Source: Christensenellales bacterium
GTDB lineage: Bacteria > Bacillota > Clostridia > Christensenellales > MGBC116941
Assembly (NCBI GenBank): GCA_050945795.1
Contig: JBMNTP010000003.1
Coordinates: 9,231-73,230 of the forward strand
Direction of reading: 5' to 3'
DNA: 64,000 bases
Numbering within the stretch: position 1 is the first letter of the stretch; each line of letters begins with the position of its first letter. The position numbers and the translations under genes were made by a program. Shown here piece after piece: positions 10,348 to 20,563 of this stretch. Under the pieces are notes generated by a model. That model searched no databases. It was given only the letters and a program-made list of their open reading frames with translations, and was not told where the DNA came from.

Positions 10348-13300
10348 TTGGATCAAAAATGGAAAAAGCTTATATACGGTTGCGGCTTTGATGAGTATGT
10401 GGACATGCTTGTTTTTAGAGGCGCTGTCGTATCAAAAAAGGCTAAACGCATGGAGCTTAGACTTGAATGCTCCGGCTTTATACCATATAGAAAGATAAAA
10501 TCGATTGAGGGCGTTATTGCCGAAAAGTTATCCGGCCGCGCCGGGGCTTTTTTTTCGTTGCCCGAAAACTGCAAAGAAGAGGATATATCGGCTTTTATAA
10601 GCGAAAGACTCAAAGACGACCAGCCGCTCGCTTGGGGACTTATAGAGAGCGTTTGCTTAAAAAACGGTGTTATGAGAATAGAGGCTTATAAAAACGCCGG
10701 TGATTTTTTTGAGCAAAACGACGTTGAAGGCATTATACGCGACAGCGTTAAATCGTATTTCGGTATCGATATAAAAACAGAAGTGGCTTTCAGCGTAGAT
10801 GCTGCCGTTTCTGCCGCCGCCGAGGCCACCCCGGCGCAGTATATGAAAATCGAAGGCGGGACGGCAAAATCACCACCAAAGGCATTGGTGGTAGATAAAA
10901 CGCCGACAACGGTAAAAAAGAAGTCGCAGATAATAAGAACGCTGCTCGGTAAGCCTATAAAAGCGGCGCCTATATCTATGTCGTCGCTTGAGGAGGACTC
11001 GGGCAGAGTTGTTATAGAAGGCGACGTGTTCGCTGTAGAGGCGAGGGATATGAGAAGGCCGTCGCCTAAACAGCGGCAGATACTTATTATAAAAATTACA
11101 GACTATACCGGCTCGGTGCCGGCTAAGCTTATACTGGGTGACGATAACCTTTCGCTCGCTAAAAGCATAAAGGTGGGCATGAGGCTGAAGGTGCGCGGCG
11201 ATTACGGAAGGTCGCGCATGGGTTCTATGGAGATATGGCCGTATGCCATATGTGAGATGCCGGAGCCTGAAAAGCGCACCGACAACGCACCGCAAAAGCG
11301 TGTTGAACTGCATGCGCATACGCATATGAGTAATATGGACGCTATGGTGAGCGCAAGAACGCTTGTTGATACCGCGGCGGCGTGGGGGCATAAGGCGATA
11401 GCTATAACAGACCACGGCGTTGTGCAATCGTTTCCGGATGCGTTTGAGGCGGCGGCAAAGCATAAGGACTTTAAGGTTATATTCGGGCTTGAAGGGTATC
11501 TTGTAGCCGATGCGAGGATAGTTACAAATGCCGACGGTCGTGATTTAGACGGGCGTTTTGTAGTGTTTGATATCGAGACAACGGGGCTAAAGCCTAATTT
11601 AGACGCTATTACCGAGATAGGCGCAGTGCTTGTCGAGGGCGGAAAGATAATAAGCGAATACCACAGCTATGTAAACCCCGTGCGCAGGATACCGCCGGAA
11701 ATAACCAAGCTTACCGGCATAAGTGATGAGACTGTGCAAAACGCGCCGCGCATAAATGAAGTGCTGCCGGAGTTTTTAGCGTTTTGTGAAGGGGCATGTC
11801 TTGTGGCACATAACGCGCAGTTTGATATGGGCTTTATAAAGGCGGCGGCGCGGCGCGGAGATATCGAGGTAGAGCATCCGGTGCTTGATACGCTGCTTTT
11901 GGCTCGCTCTTTGCTGCCGTCTATGAAATCGCATCGGCTTGATGCGCTGGCAAAGCATTTTAAAGTGGCGCTTACACACCACCGCGCCGACAGCGACGCT
12001 AAGGCCACGGCGAATATACTGCTTAAGCTTTTCGCGCCGCTTAAAAAGTCCGGCGTTAAGACGCTCGGGCAGATCGATAGAAAGCTTACTGCGATAGCCG
12101 GAAGGGTGGACAGCAGCCATATAATACTGCTTGCTAAAAATCCTGCCGGACTTGTAAACCTCTATAAAATAGTTACAGCGTCGCATCTAAAATATTTTGC
12201 CAATAAAAGGCCACGCATACCGCGCAGCCTGCTGCTCGATCATAGAGAGGGGCTTATAATTGGCTCGGCATGCGAGCAGGGAGAGCTTTATAAAGCTATT
12301 ATAGGCGGTACGCCGGATAGCGAGCTTGAAAAGATAGCCGGTTTATATGACTATTTAGAAATACAGCCAATCGATAATAATATGTTCTTATTGATACAAG
12401 GTGAGGTATCGGATATTGAAGAGTTGCGGGATATTAACCGCAAAATCGTCGCGTTGGCGGATAAGCTTGAAAAGCCTGTTGTAGCGGCGGGAGATGTGCA
12501 TTTTCTTAATCCTTATGATGAGTATTATCGCAGGATAATAATGCATGGGCAAAATTTTGATCAGGCCGATCAGCAGCCGCCGCTCTATTTTAAAACAACG
12601 GAAGAAATGCTTAATGAATTCTCTTATTTAGGAGAAAATAAAGCAAAAGAAGCTGTTATATATAATCCTTTGGCCATTGCCGATTCCATAGAGGATATGC
12701 GGCCTTTCCCCGCCGAAACTCATATGCCTAAAATCGAGGGAGCGGACGAGGATATAAGGGATATGTCGTATAAAAAGGCGCGCGAGATTTACGGCGATCC
12801 GCTGCCGGATATCGTAAGCGCGAGGCTTGATAAGGAAATAGGCGCTATAACAAAGTACGGCTACGGAGTCCTTTATTATATAGCGCATAAGCTTGTTGAA
12901 CAGTCTATGGCGGAGGGGTATCTTGTAGGGTCGAGGGGTTCTGTAGGTTCGTCGCTTGTAGCTATGCTAAGCGGCATAACAGAGATAAATCCGCTTTCTC
13001 CTCATTATGTATGCCCTAGCTGCCGGCATTCCAATTTTGACGTTGATGCTCAGGCATATCCTTGCGGCGTTGACCTGCCCGAGGACGACTGCCCCAAATG
13101 CGGCAGCCGCTTTAGGACGGACGGTTATGAGATACCGTTTGAGGCTTTCCTCGGATTTGAGGGAGACAAGGTGCCGGATATAGACCTTAACTTTTCCGGA
13201 GATTATCAGCCGCGGGCGCATAAGCAGATTGAGGATATATTCGGCGCAGGCCATGTGTTTAGGGCGGGGACTGTGTCGACGCTGCAAAATAAAACGGCTT

Positions 13301-14595
13301 ACGGATATGTATTGAAATACGCCGAGGATCACGCGCTTGATTTAAGCGAGGCGGAAAAGGATAGGCTGGCGTCGGCGTGCGCCGGTGTTAAAAGAACGAC
13401 GGGGCAGCACCCGGGCGGCATAATAATTGTGCCAAAAGATATTGACGTACATAATTTTACGCCGTTGCAGCATCCTTCGGACAGCAAGGAAAAAGGCGTT
13501 ATAACAACGCATTTTGACTTTAACTCCATGCATGACACGCTTGTAAAGGTTGATGTACTGGGTCATGATGTGCCTACAATGCTGCGCGAGCTGGAGCTTA
13601 TAACAGAGGTAAAGCCTATGGGCATACCTCTAAACGATAAAAAAACAATGCGGCTTTTCAAGGATTGCGAACCGCTCGGCGTTTTGCCAGAGCAGATAGG
13701 AACGCCGGTAGGCACTTACGGCATACCCGAATTTGGCACTCCATTTGTAAGGCAGATGCTTATTGAAACGCAGCCGGAATCGATGGCGGAACTGGTAAGG
13801 ATAAGCGGATTATCGCACGGCACAGACGTTTGGACGGGCAACGCGCAGGAGCTTATTAAAAACGACGGTCTTACGCTTAAAGATGTCCTTTGCACAAGGG
13901 AGGACATTATGAATTACCTTATAAGCAGGGGAGTAGACTCAAAGACGGCGTTTATGACTATGGAAAGCGTAAGAAAGGGCAGAGGGCTTAATGCCGGCAT
14001 GGAAGAAGCCATGGAAAAGAATGATATACCTATGTGGTTTAGGGAAAGCTGTAAAAAGATACAGTATATGTTCCCTAAAGCACACGCGGCGGCATATGTT
14101 GTTATGGCGTTTAGGCTGGCGTGGTTTAAGGTATATATGCCGGAGGCGTTTTACGCCGTTTACTTCTCGGTTAAAGCGGATGAGTTTGATATGGATATGG
14201 TAAGCGGCGGCATGAGCAAGGTTAGAAAGCGGCTTGATGAGCTAAATGTAAAAGGCATGGCAGCGTCGCCGAGGGAGAAGAGCATTGTCGCTATACTTGA
14301 GCTTGCCGTTGAGATGATGGCAAGGGGTATTGAGTTTTTGCCGGTGCATCTTGAAAAGTCGGCGGCGAAGCATTTCACTATTGAGGACGGCAGGCTGAGG
14401 ATGCCGTTTAGAGCGGTGCCGGGGCTAGGCGAAAGCGTAGCGGAGGAAATAATAGTCGAACGCGGCAAGGCGCCGTTCCTTTCAGTGGAGGATTTACAAA
14501 AGAGGGCAAGGGTAAATAAAACGGTTACCGATGCCCTTATAAAAAGCGGATGTTTGGCCGGATTGCCGATGAGTAATCAACTTTCCCTCTTTTAG
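10348..14595 (+). CDS. polC: DNA polymerase III PolC-type (Gram-positive replicative polymerase)
   Basis: 1415 aa. Contains a PHP domain (ELHAHTHMSNMDA), an inserted DEDDh exonuclease (FVVFDIETTGL ... HNAQFDMGF ... HRADSDA), a Zn-finger CPSC..CPKC and the polymerase core. Confidence 0.98.
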   Translation: MDQKWKKLIYGCGFDEYVDMLVFRGAVVSKKAKRMELRLECSGFIPYRKIKSIEGVIAEKLSGRAGAFFSLPENCKEEDISAFISERLKDDQPLAWGLIESVCLKNGVMRIEAYKNAGDFFEQNDVEGIIRDSVKSYFGIDIKTEVAFSVDAAVSAAAEATPAQYMKIEGGTAKSPPKALVVDKTPTTVKKKSQIIRTLLGKPIKAAPISMSSLEEDSGRVVIEGDVFAVEARDMRRPSPKQRQILIIKITDYTGSVPAKLILGDDNLSLAKSIKVGMRLKVRGDYGRSRMGSMEIWPYAICEMPEPEKRTDNAPQKRVELHAHTHMSNMDAMVSARTLVDTAAAWGHKAIAITDHGVVQSFPDAFEAAAKHKDFKVIFGLEGYLVADARIVTNADGRDLDGRFVVFDIETTGLKPNLDAITEIGAVLVEGGKIISEYHSYVNPVRRIPPEITKLTGISDETVQNAPRINEVLPEFLAFCEGACLVAHNAQFDMGFIKAAARRGDIEVEHPVLDTLLLARSLLPSMKSHRLDALAKHFKVALTHHRADSDAKATANILLKLFAPLKKSGVKTLGQIDRKLTAIAGRVDSSHIILLAKNPAGLVNLYKIVTASHLKYFANKRPRIPRSLLLDHREGLIIGSACEQGELYKAIIGGTPDSELEKIAGLYDYLEIQPIDNNMFLLIQGEVSDIEELRDINRKIVALADKLEKPVVAAGDVHFLNPYDEYYRRIIMHGQNFDQADQQPPLYFKTTEEMLNEFSYLGENKAKEAVIYNPLAIADSIEDMRPFPAETHMPKIEGADEDIRDMSYKKAREIYGDPLPDIVSARLDKEIGAITKYGYGVLYYIAHKLVEQSMAEGYLVGSRGSVGSSLVAMLSGITEINPLSPHYVCPSCRHSNFDVDAQAYPCGVDLPEDDCPKCGSRFRTDGYEIPFEAFLGFEGDKVPDIDLNFSGDYQPRAHKQIEDIFGAGHVFRAGTVSTLQNKTAYGYVLKYAEDHALDLSEAEKDRLASACAGVKRTTGQHPGGIIIVPKDIDVHNFTPLQHPSDSKEKGVITTHFDFNSMHDTLVKVDVLGHDVPTMLRELELITEVKPMGIPLNDKKTMRLFKDCEPLGVLPEQIGTPVGTYGIPEFGTPFVRQMLIETQPESMAELVRISGLSHGTDVWTGNAQELIKNDGLTLKDVLCTREDIMNYLISRGVDSKTAFMTMESVRKGRGLNAGMEEAMEKNDIPMWFRESCKKIQYMFPKAHAAAYVVMAFRLAWFKVYMPEAFYAVYFSVKADEFDMDMVSGGMSKVRKRLDELNVKGMAASPREKSIVAILELAVEMMARGIEFLPVHLEKSAAKHFTIEDGRLRMPFRAVPGLGESVAEEIIVERGKAPFLSVEDLQKRARVNKTVTDALIKSGCLAGLPMSNQLSLF

Positions 14596-14647
14596 CCGTA
14601 AAAAGCCGAGAATTGCCCTGAAAAGCTGTTTATTATTGAGAAAATGC

Positions 14648-14676
14648 TTGCATGACCTGCCTTGATATGATAGTAT
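14648..14676 (+). promoter_or_regulatory. candidate sigma-A promoter of the rimP-nusA-infB operon
   Basis: TTGCAT (14648-14653), 17-nt spacer, TGaTAGTAT with -10 at 14671-14676. Confidence 0.5.
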
Positions 14677-14704
14677 TACATGGTAATTGAGGCTTGAACT
14701 GTTC

Positions 14705-14732
14705 GGAGTGGGGATTCCCGCTCCTTTGTTTT
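14705..14732 (+). terminator. intrinsic terminator inside the rimP-nusA-infB leader (attenuator candidate)
   Basis: GGAGTGGG-GATT-CCCGCTCC forms an 8-bp stem with one G-U pair, followed by TTTGTTTT. It lies between the candidate promoter and the rimP RBS (GGAG 14743-14746). Confidence 0.65.
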
Positions 14733-14753
14733 GAAAGCCGATGGAGATTAAGC

Positions 14754-15212
14754 ATGTCGAAGAAAATTGAGAATATTGTTGAGAAAGTTGCCCTGCCGAT
14801 TATAGAGAGCGGGGGCATGGAACTGGTAGATGTTGAATTCAGAAAAGAAGGTCAAGATTTTTTCCTGTATATATATATTGATAAACAGGGGGGCGTAAAT
14901 CTCGATGATTGCGAGATGGTAAGCCGGGCTGTTGAAGCCGAGCTTGACGCTTTAGACCCTATCGAGCAGCCGTATTGTCTTTGCGTGTCGTCTCCAGGGC
15001 TTGACCGGCCTTTTCGCAAGGAAGCGGATTATAAAAGAGCGATGGGCAAAGAAATCGAGGTCAAGCTTTTTGCCCCAATAAAGGGAAAAAAATCCATTAA
15101 CGGTATATTGAAAAATTATAACGACGTTGAGCTTACGCTTGAGGTGGAACAAGGGGAAATTGCCCTGTCGCGCTCAGGCATTGCTCAAGTGCGGCCGTAT
15201 ATTAAATTCTAA
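14754..15212 (+). CDS. rimP: ribosome maturation factor RimP
   Basis: Pattern ...GMELVDVEF.KEG....L.IYID...GV.LDDCE.VSR...LD..DPI...Y.L.VSSPGLDRP. ATG at 14754 after a GGAG RBS. The track start at 14694 overlaps the leader terminator. Confidence 0.92.
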   Translation: MSKKIENIVEKVALPIIESGGMELVDVEFRKEGQDFFLYIYIDKQGGVNLDDCEMVSRAVEAELDALDPIEQPYCLCVSSPGLDRPFRKEADYKRAMGKEIEVKLFAPIKGKKSINGILKNYNDVELTLEVEQGEIALSRSGIAQVRPYIKF

Positions 15213-15225
15213 CGGAGGAAGAACC

Positions 15226-16437
15226 ATGAACAACGAACTTGTTGAGGCGCTTGAAGCTATTGAAAAAGAGCGCGGAATAAGCAAGGAAATACTTATAGAC
15301 GCCATTGAAACGGCGCTTATTTCAGCGTACAGGCGCAATTACGGCGGTAATCAGAACGTGAGAGTTGATTTTGACCGTGATTCGGGGTCTATAAAGGTAT
15401 TTGGATATAAAACCGTTGTTGAGGAAATAGAGGACGAAGACGCCGAGATTCTCCTTGAGGACGCTAAGGCCATAGACACAAGATATGAAATCGGCGACGA
15501 GGTTTCAAATGAGATAACTCCAAAGACATTTGGACGTATCGCGGCGCAAATGGCGAAGCAGGTTGTGGTGCAGCGTATACGAGAGGCGGAACGAGGCATT
15601 ATATTTGATGAATATATTGAAAAGCAGAGCGAGGTTGTAACGGCTACGGTGCAGCGCGTTGAAAGAAATTGCGCGTATGTAGAGCTGGGCCGCACAGAGG
15701 GCATGATTATTGCCAGCGAGATGATGCCGGGCGAGGTTTTGCATCCTTCAAAGCGCATAAAGGTTTATGTACTCGAAGTTAGAAAGAGCCCTAAGGGGCC
15801 GCAGATTATGGTTTCTCGCACGCATCCTAACCTTGTAAAAAGGCTTTTTGAGCTGGAGGTACCGGAGCTTCAAGACGGCGTTGTGCAGATAAAGTCGATT
15901 GCTCGCGAGGCGGGTTACCGCACGAAGATGGCGGTTTTTAGCAACGATTCACAGGTTGATCCGCTTGGCGCTTGCGTAGGCCAGAGGGGATCGCGTGTTG
16001 AGAGGATAGTTCAGGAACTGGGTGGCGAGAAGATAGACGTTATAAAGTGGTCGCCGGATCCGGTTGAATATATAGCAAACGCCTTAAATCCGGCGCGCGT
16101 TATTATGGTGCAGATAAATGAGCAGGATAAGGCGGCTAAGGTTATTGTTCCCGACAGCCAGCTTTCATTGGCGATAGGCAAGGAGGGGCAAAACGCAAGG
16201 CTCGCGGCAAAGCTTACCGGTTGGAAAATAGATATAAAGAGCCAGACGCAGGCGCAGGAAATGTTCGAGATGTTCGATGGCGAAGATGACGACGCTGAAG
16301 ACGGCGAATATTATGATGAAGGATACGACGATGACGGTATGGATTACCAAGTCGCGGGTCCTGAATCGGCGTTTGAGGAAGAAACATTTGAAGAAGAGGC
16401 GGATGCCGAAGAATATAATGATGACGATGAGGCGTAA
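15226..16437 (+). CDS. nusA: transcription termination/antitermination factor NusA
   Basis: N-terminal LVEALEAIEKERGISKE, S1 and two KH domains (GACVGQRGSRV; AIGKEGQNARLAAKLTGWKIDI). Has a strongly acidic C-terminal tail. ATG at 15226. Confidence 0.96.
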   Translation: MNNELVEALEAIEKERGISKEILIDAIETALISAYRRNYGGNQNVRVDFDRDSGSIKVFGYKTVVEEIEDEDAEILLEDAKAIDTRYEIGDEVSNEITPKTFGRIAAQMAKQVVVQRIREAERGIIFDEYIEKQSEVVTATVQRVERNCAYVELGRTEGMIIASEMMPGEVLHPSKRIKVYVLEVRKSPKGPQIMVSRTHPNLVKRLFELEVPELQDGVVQIKSIAREAGYRTKMAVFSNDSQVDPLGACVGQRGSRVERIVQELGGEKIDVIKWSPDPVEYIANALNPARVIMVQINEQDKAAKVIVPDSQLSLAIGKEGQNARLAAKLTGWKIDIKSQTQAQEMFEMFDGEDDDAEDGEYYDEGYDDDGMDYQVAGPESAFEEETFEEEADAEEYNDDDEA

Positions 16438-16465
16438 CAGCCGCTAATCAGATTTTTCGGAGAGT

Positions 16466-16747
16466 GTGAATTTGAAAGAAAAAAAAGTGCCGATGCGCAT
16501 GTGCGTGGGCTGTCGGGAAATGAAACCTAAAAAGCAGCTTATAAGGATTGTGCGCGATGCCGAAGGTGCGGTATTAGTAGATTTAAAAGGCAAATCGCCG
16601 GGCAGGGGAGCGTATGTGTGTCCGCAAAGCGAATGCGTTACAAAAGCGGTTAAAATTCGCGCGCTAGATAGGGCGCTTGAGGTTAAGGTGGATGCGCAGA
16701 TTGAAGGCATGCTAAAACAACAGATAGAAAGCCGCTCAGATGGATAA
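16466..16747 (+). CDS. ylxR: YlxR/RnpM family RNA-binding protein (DUF448)
   Basis: PMRMCVGCREMKPKKQLIRIV ... GRGAYVC signature. GTG start. Conserved nusA-downstream position. Confidence 0.9.
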   Translation: MNLKEKKVPMRMCVGCREMKPKKQLIRIVRDAEGAVLVDLKGKSPGRGAYVCPQSECVTKAVKIRALDRALEVKVDAQIEGMLKQQIESRSDG

Positions 16748-17024
16748 AGCATTGTCGTTGTTGGGGTTGGCTCAGCGTGCCGGAAAAGTTATATCCGGCT
16801 CTTTGGCAGAAGACGCTGTGAAATCAAAAAAAGCCAAGCTGCTGCTGCTCGATGAATCGGCCTCAAATAACACGAGGGGCTTGTATGAAAGACTATGCGC
16901 GTCCGCGGGAATACCGCTAATAATTCTGCCGGAAGGCCGGCTTACACAGGCAATAGGAAAAATGCGCAAAGTGGCGGCGGTCACAGACAGCGGCTTTGCG
17001 AAAAATATAAAGAAAATTTTTTAA
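16740..17024 (+). CDS. ylxQ: L7Ae/L30e-family RNA-binding protein YlxQ
   Basis: [14 protein letters not shown]...[14 protein letters not shown] pattern. Overlaps ylxR by 8 nt and lies upstream of infB. Confidence 0.85.
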   Translation: MDKALSLLGLAQRAGKVISGSLAEDAVKSKKAKLLLLDESASNNTRGLYERLCASAGIPLIILPEGRLTQAIGKMRKVAAVTDSGFAKNIKKIF

Positions 17025-17046
17025 ATCAACGCAAGGAGATTGGCGT

Positions 17047-20000
17047 ATGTCCAAAATTAAACTACGAGAAATTACAAAAAGTGTGGGGGCAAATGCAAAC
17101 AGGGTGCTGGACAGGATTAAAGCTGACCAACAACGCACGAATGAGCAGATTGTCTCCATGAAAAAACTGGAATTCGAGCTGGCGGAAAAAGCTAAGGCCG
17201 AAGCGCGCGCCAAGCAGCTTGCCAAAGCTATTGAAATAGAAAAGGCGGAGGCGGCCCAGGCTGCCGAAGCTGCCGCCCAAAACGCGGCGCAGCAAAGCGA
17301 GCGGGTTGTGGCTGAGGCCGAAAAACCCGCGGATAAGCCGGATGCGAGCGGAGAGCAGATTGCTACTTCTAAAAAGCCGGAGACGGCGCCGATAGAGCGT
17401 CAGGAAGAGGCGGTTGCTGAAGCGAAACAAGAAAAGCCTGCGCATACGACTGCCGAACAGACTAGTGCCGAGGCGGTTTCGCAGCACCCTGAAAAAACAG
17501 CAGAAAAAGCGCCGGAAGTAAAGCCGGAGATAATACCTGAAAAAACACCGGAAAAAACACAGGAAGCAACTCCTGCCGCGACACAGACAGAGCCGCGAGT
17601 GGCAGCTGCTGCGCAACAGCGGGCGGCATCGCAAAAAGATGCCGAAGCTCCGGCAGCAAGTGCACAGCCTGAAGAAAGACCGTCTGCTCACGTTCAGCAA
17701 CGCGGCGATGGTCCGCAGCGCCCACAGCAGGGCGGCTATCAGCAGAGAGATGGTTATCAGCAACGGCCGCAGCAGGGCGGTTATCAGCAGAGAGATGGCT
17801 ATCAGCAGCGCCCACAGCAGGGCGGCTACCAGCAAAGAGACGGCTATCAGCAACGCCCGCAGCAGGGCGGCTATCAGCAGAGAGATGGCTATCAGCAACG
17901 CCCACAGCAGGGTGGATACCAGCAGAGAGACGGCTATCAGCAACGCCCACAGCAGGGTGGATACCAGCAGCGCGGCGGCTATCAGCAGCGTCCGCAGCAG
18001 GGTGGCTATCAGCAGCGTCCTCAACAGGGCGGCTATCAGCAACGCCCACAACAGGGTGGATACCAGCAGCGTCCTCAACAGGGCGGCTATCAGCAACGCC
18101 CACAGCAGGGTGGATACCAGCAGCGCCCGCAGCAAGGTGGCTATCAGCAACGCCCTCAACAGGGTGGATACCAGCAGCGTCCGCAGCAGGGCGGATTTGG
18201 AGCGAAGCCGTTTGTGCGCAAACCGATGGGCGGGGATTTGCTGCCGTCGGCTGAAAAGGAACGCGTAAGCAATTATGATCCGAATAAAAATTCATATGCA
18301 AGGCAGCGCGATCCTGAAAAGCGTCAGCAGCGCGGGCGCAAGACGGTTATCCGTGAGGTTGGCGTACCCATGGAGGATGAGAGGTTCAGGGGCCGCAAGC
18401 CGAAGAGGCGGGTTCAAACGCCGAAACCTGAGCCCATAGTTATAGATAAGGTGGTGCTTACATCGGATAGCATAACAGTAAAAGACCTTTCCGAAAAAAC
18501 CGGAAAACCGGCTTCTGATATCATCAAAAAGCTGTTGGTGCTCGGTGTTTTCGCTACGATCAACCAGGAGCTTGATATCGATACCGCTACACTTATATGC
18601 AGCGACTTTGGCATCGACCTTGAATTTAAGCCTGTTGCAACGGCGGAAGACACTTTAACAGCCGAGGATAAAGAGGATGACGATAAGAATCTTGTATCGC
18701 GTCCGCCGATAGTTACTATAATGGGCCATGTCGATCACGGCAAAACCTCTTTGCTCGACGCTATACGCACCGCTCGCGTAACCGACCAGGAGGCGGGAGG
18801 GATAACGCAGCATATAGGCGCTTATATGGTAGAGCTTAATGATAGAGCCATAACCTTCCTTGACACTCCCGGGCATGAGGCGTTTACCTCCATGCGTGCT
18901 AGGGGAGCGCAGGTTACAGATATAGCTATACTTGTTGTTGCCGCCGACGACGGCATAATGCCGCAGACGGTTGAGGCGATAAATCACGCAAAAGCGGCAG
19001 AAGTGCCGATAATTGTGGCGATTAACAAAATGGATAAGCCAGAAGCTAATCCTGAAAGAATTAAGCAAGAGCTTACAGAATACGAACTTGTTTCAGAGGA
19101 ATGGGGCGGCGATACAATAATAGTACCTGTTTCGGCAAAGACAAGAACCGGCATAGACAATCTTCTTGAGATGATACTTCTTGTAGCCGATGTTCAAGAG
19201 CTTAAGGCTAATCCGAACAGGCTGGCTAAGGGAGCAATTGTAGAGGCGCAGCTTGATAAAGGGCGCGGCCCGGTCGCTACGGTACTCGTTCAGACGGGTA
19301 CGCTTAGAACAGGTGATACAATTGTCGCGGGAACGGCTTACGGGCATGTACGCGCTATGATGGATGATAAGGGCGAGAAGGTTGATGAGGCGGTGCCCAG
19401 TCAGCCGGTAGAGGTGCTAGGCTTTAGCGAAGTGCCGGAGGCGGGAGACATGCTTTATGTCGTTGAGGACGATAAGCTGAGCAGGCTGGTTGTGCAGGAG
19501 CGCAGGGATAAGATAAAGGCTGAGCAGCTAAAGAGCTTGTCCAAGGTTTCGCTTGACGATCTATTTAGCCAGATAAAAGAAGGCGAGATAAAGGAGCTCA
19601 ATGTTATAGTTAAAGGCGATGTTCAAGGCTCTGTTGAGGCGCTTAGACAGTCGCTTGAAAAGCTTAGCAACGATAAAGTGCGTGTGCGCTCGATACACGG
19701 CGGAGTTGGCGCTATAACAAAGATAGACGTAATGTTTGCTTCAGCATCAAACGCCATTATAATAGGGTTTAATGTTCGCCCCGACGCCATGGCGCGTGCG
19801 GTAGCGGAAAAAGAGAATATAGACATAAGGCTTTACAGGGTCATTTATGACGCTATTAACGACGTTCAAAAGGCTATGGAAGGCATGCTTGAGCCAGAGT
19901 ATAAAGAGGTTATTACCGGTCATGCTGAGGTAAGGCAGGTATTTAAGGTTACCGGCTCAGGTACAGTTGCCGGTTCATACATGCAGGACGGCAAGATTAT

Positions 20001-20196
20001 AAGAAGCGCTAAGGCGAGACTTATAAGAGACGGCATTGTTGTATATGATGGAAGCATAGCCGGACTTAGGCGGTTTAAGGACGATGTTAAGGAAGTAGCG
20101 CAGGGTTATGAATGCGGAATAACACTGGAAAACTTCAGCGACATAAAAGAAGGCGATATAATCGAGGCCTATGTGGAGGAAGAAATAACGAGGTAG
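17047..20196 (+). CDS. infB: translation initiation factor IF-2 with an expanded repetitive N-terminal region
   Basis: GTPase core ([21 protein letters not shown]) and a conserved C-terminal half. At 1049 aa, the excess length comes from N-terminal low-complexity sequence. Confidence 0.97.
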   Translation: MSKIKLREITKSVGANANRVLDRIKADQQRTNEQIVSMKKLEFELAEKAKAEARAKQLAKAIEIEKAEAAQAAEAAAQNAAQQSERVVAEAEKPADKPDASGEQIATSKKPETAPIERQEEAVAEAKQEKPAHTTAEQTSAEAVSQHPEKTAEKAPEVKPEIIPEKTPEKTQEATPAATQTEPRVAAAAQQRAASQKDAEAPAASAQPEERPSAHVQQRGDGPQRPQQGGYQQRDGYQQRPQQGGYQQRDGYQQRPQQGGYQQRDGYQQRPQQGGYQQRDGYQQRPQQGGYQQRDGYQQRPQQGGYQQRGGYQQRPQQGGYQQRPQQGGYQQRPQQGGYQQRPQQGGYQQRPQQGGYQQRPQQGGYQQRPQQGGYQQRPQQGGFGAKPFVRKPMGGDLLPSAEKERVSNYDPNKNSYARQRDPEKRQQRGRKTVIREVGVPMEDERFRGRKPKRRVQTPKPEPIVIDKVVLTSDSITVKDLSEKTGKPASDIIKKLLVLGVFATINQELDIDTATLICSDFGIDLEFKPVATAEDTLTAEDKEDDDKNLVSRPPIVTIMGHVDHGKTSLLDAIRTARVTDQEAGGITQHIGAYMVELNDRAITFLDTPGHEAFTSMRARGAQVTDIAILVVAADDGIMPQTVEAINHAKAAEVPIIVAINKMDKPEANPERIKQELTEYELVSEEWGGDTIIVPVSAKTRTGIDNLLEMILLVADVQELKANPNRLAKGAIVEAQLDKGRGPVATVLVQTGTLRTGDTIVAGTAYGHVRAMMDDKGEKVDEAVPSQPVEVLGFSEVPEAGDMLYVVEDDKLSRLVVQERRDKIKAEQLKSLSKVSLDDLFSQIKEGEIKELNVIVKGDVQGSVEALRQSLEKLSNDKVRVRSIHGGVGAITKIDVMFASASNAIIIGFNVRPDAMARAVAEKENIDIRLYRVIYDAINDVQKAMEGMLEPEYKEVITGHAEVRQVFKVTGSGTVAGSYMQDGKIIRSAKARLIRDGIVVYDGSIAGLRRFKDDVKEVAQGYECGITLENFSDIKEGDIIEAYVEEEITR
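17722..18201 (+). repeat. in-frame coding tandem repeat in infB (45-nt and 27-nt units)
   Basis: Five units of [15 protein letters not shown] (17722-17946), one variant [15 protein letters not shown] (17947-17991), seven units of PQQGGYQQR (17992-18180) and a partial PQQGGFG. Units differ by synonymous changes (ggc/ggt, tat/tac, caa/cag, cgc/cgt). Confidence 0.95.
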
Positions 20197-20200
20197 CGGT

Positions 20201-20563
20201 ATGTCACAGATACGCAGCGACAGGATTAACGAGGAAGTTAAAAAAGCTGTCAGTGAAGTTATAAGGAAAGATATTAAGGATCCTCGGCTTAGCCCCAACT
20301 GTGTTGTTACAAAGGCGGAGGTTACAAAGGACCTTAAGTTCGCGAAAATATATGTTAGCGTTTTAGGCGACGAAAAAGAAAGGAAGGACACAATGGCCTC
20401 CCTTTCAAATGCCGCCGGCTATATAAGGCACAGGCTGGGCGGGCTTATAGACATTAGAAGGCTGCCGCAGCTTACCTTTAAGCTTGATACGTCTATAGAA
20501 TACGGCATACATATAGCAAACGTTATACGCTCCATAAAGCAGCGGGATGAGGAGCGGGAATGA
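20201..20563 (+). CDS. rbfA: 30S ribosome-binding factor RbfA
   Basis: RINEEVKKAVSEVIRKDIKDPRL ... AKIYVSV ... LRRLPQLTFKLD pattern. Confidence 0.93.
   Translation: MSQIRSDRINEEVKKAVSEVIRKDIKDPRLSPNCVVTKAEVTKDLKFAKIYVSVLGDEKERKDTMASLSNAAGYIRHRLGGLIDIRRLPQLTFKLDTSIEYGIHIANVIRSIKQRDEERE

Noticed and set aside
17722-18201. CRISPR array or other non-coding tandem repeat
   Set aside because: The only extended tandem repeat in the window is in-frame within infB, with no spacers. No repeat-spacer architecture or cas genes occur anywhere in the 64 kb.
17062-18301. Long ORFs inside the infB repeat: 365 aa and 279 aa on the minus strand, 209 aa in another + frame
   Set aside because: They are by-products of the stop-free periodic repeat. 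Their products are monotonous (LLRALLIA... / AADSRPA...), they have no RBS, and they lie entirely within the well-supported infB frame.
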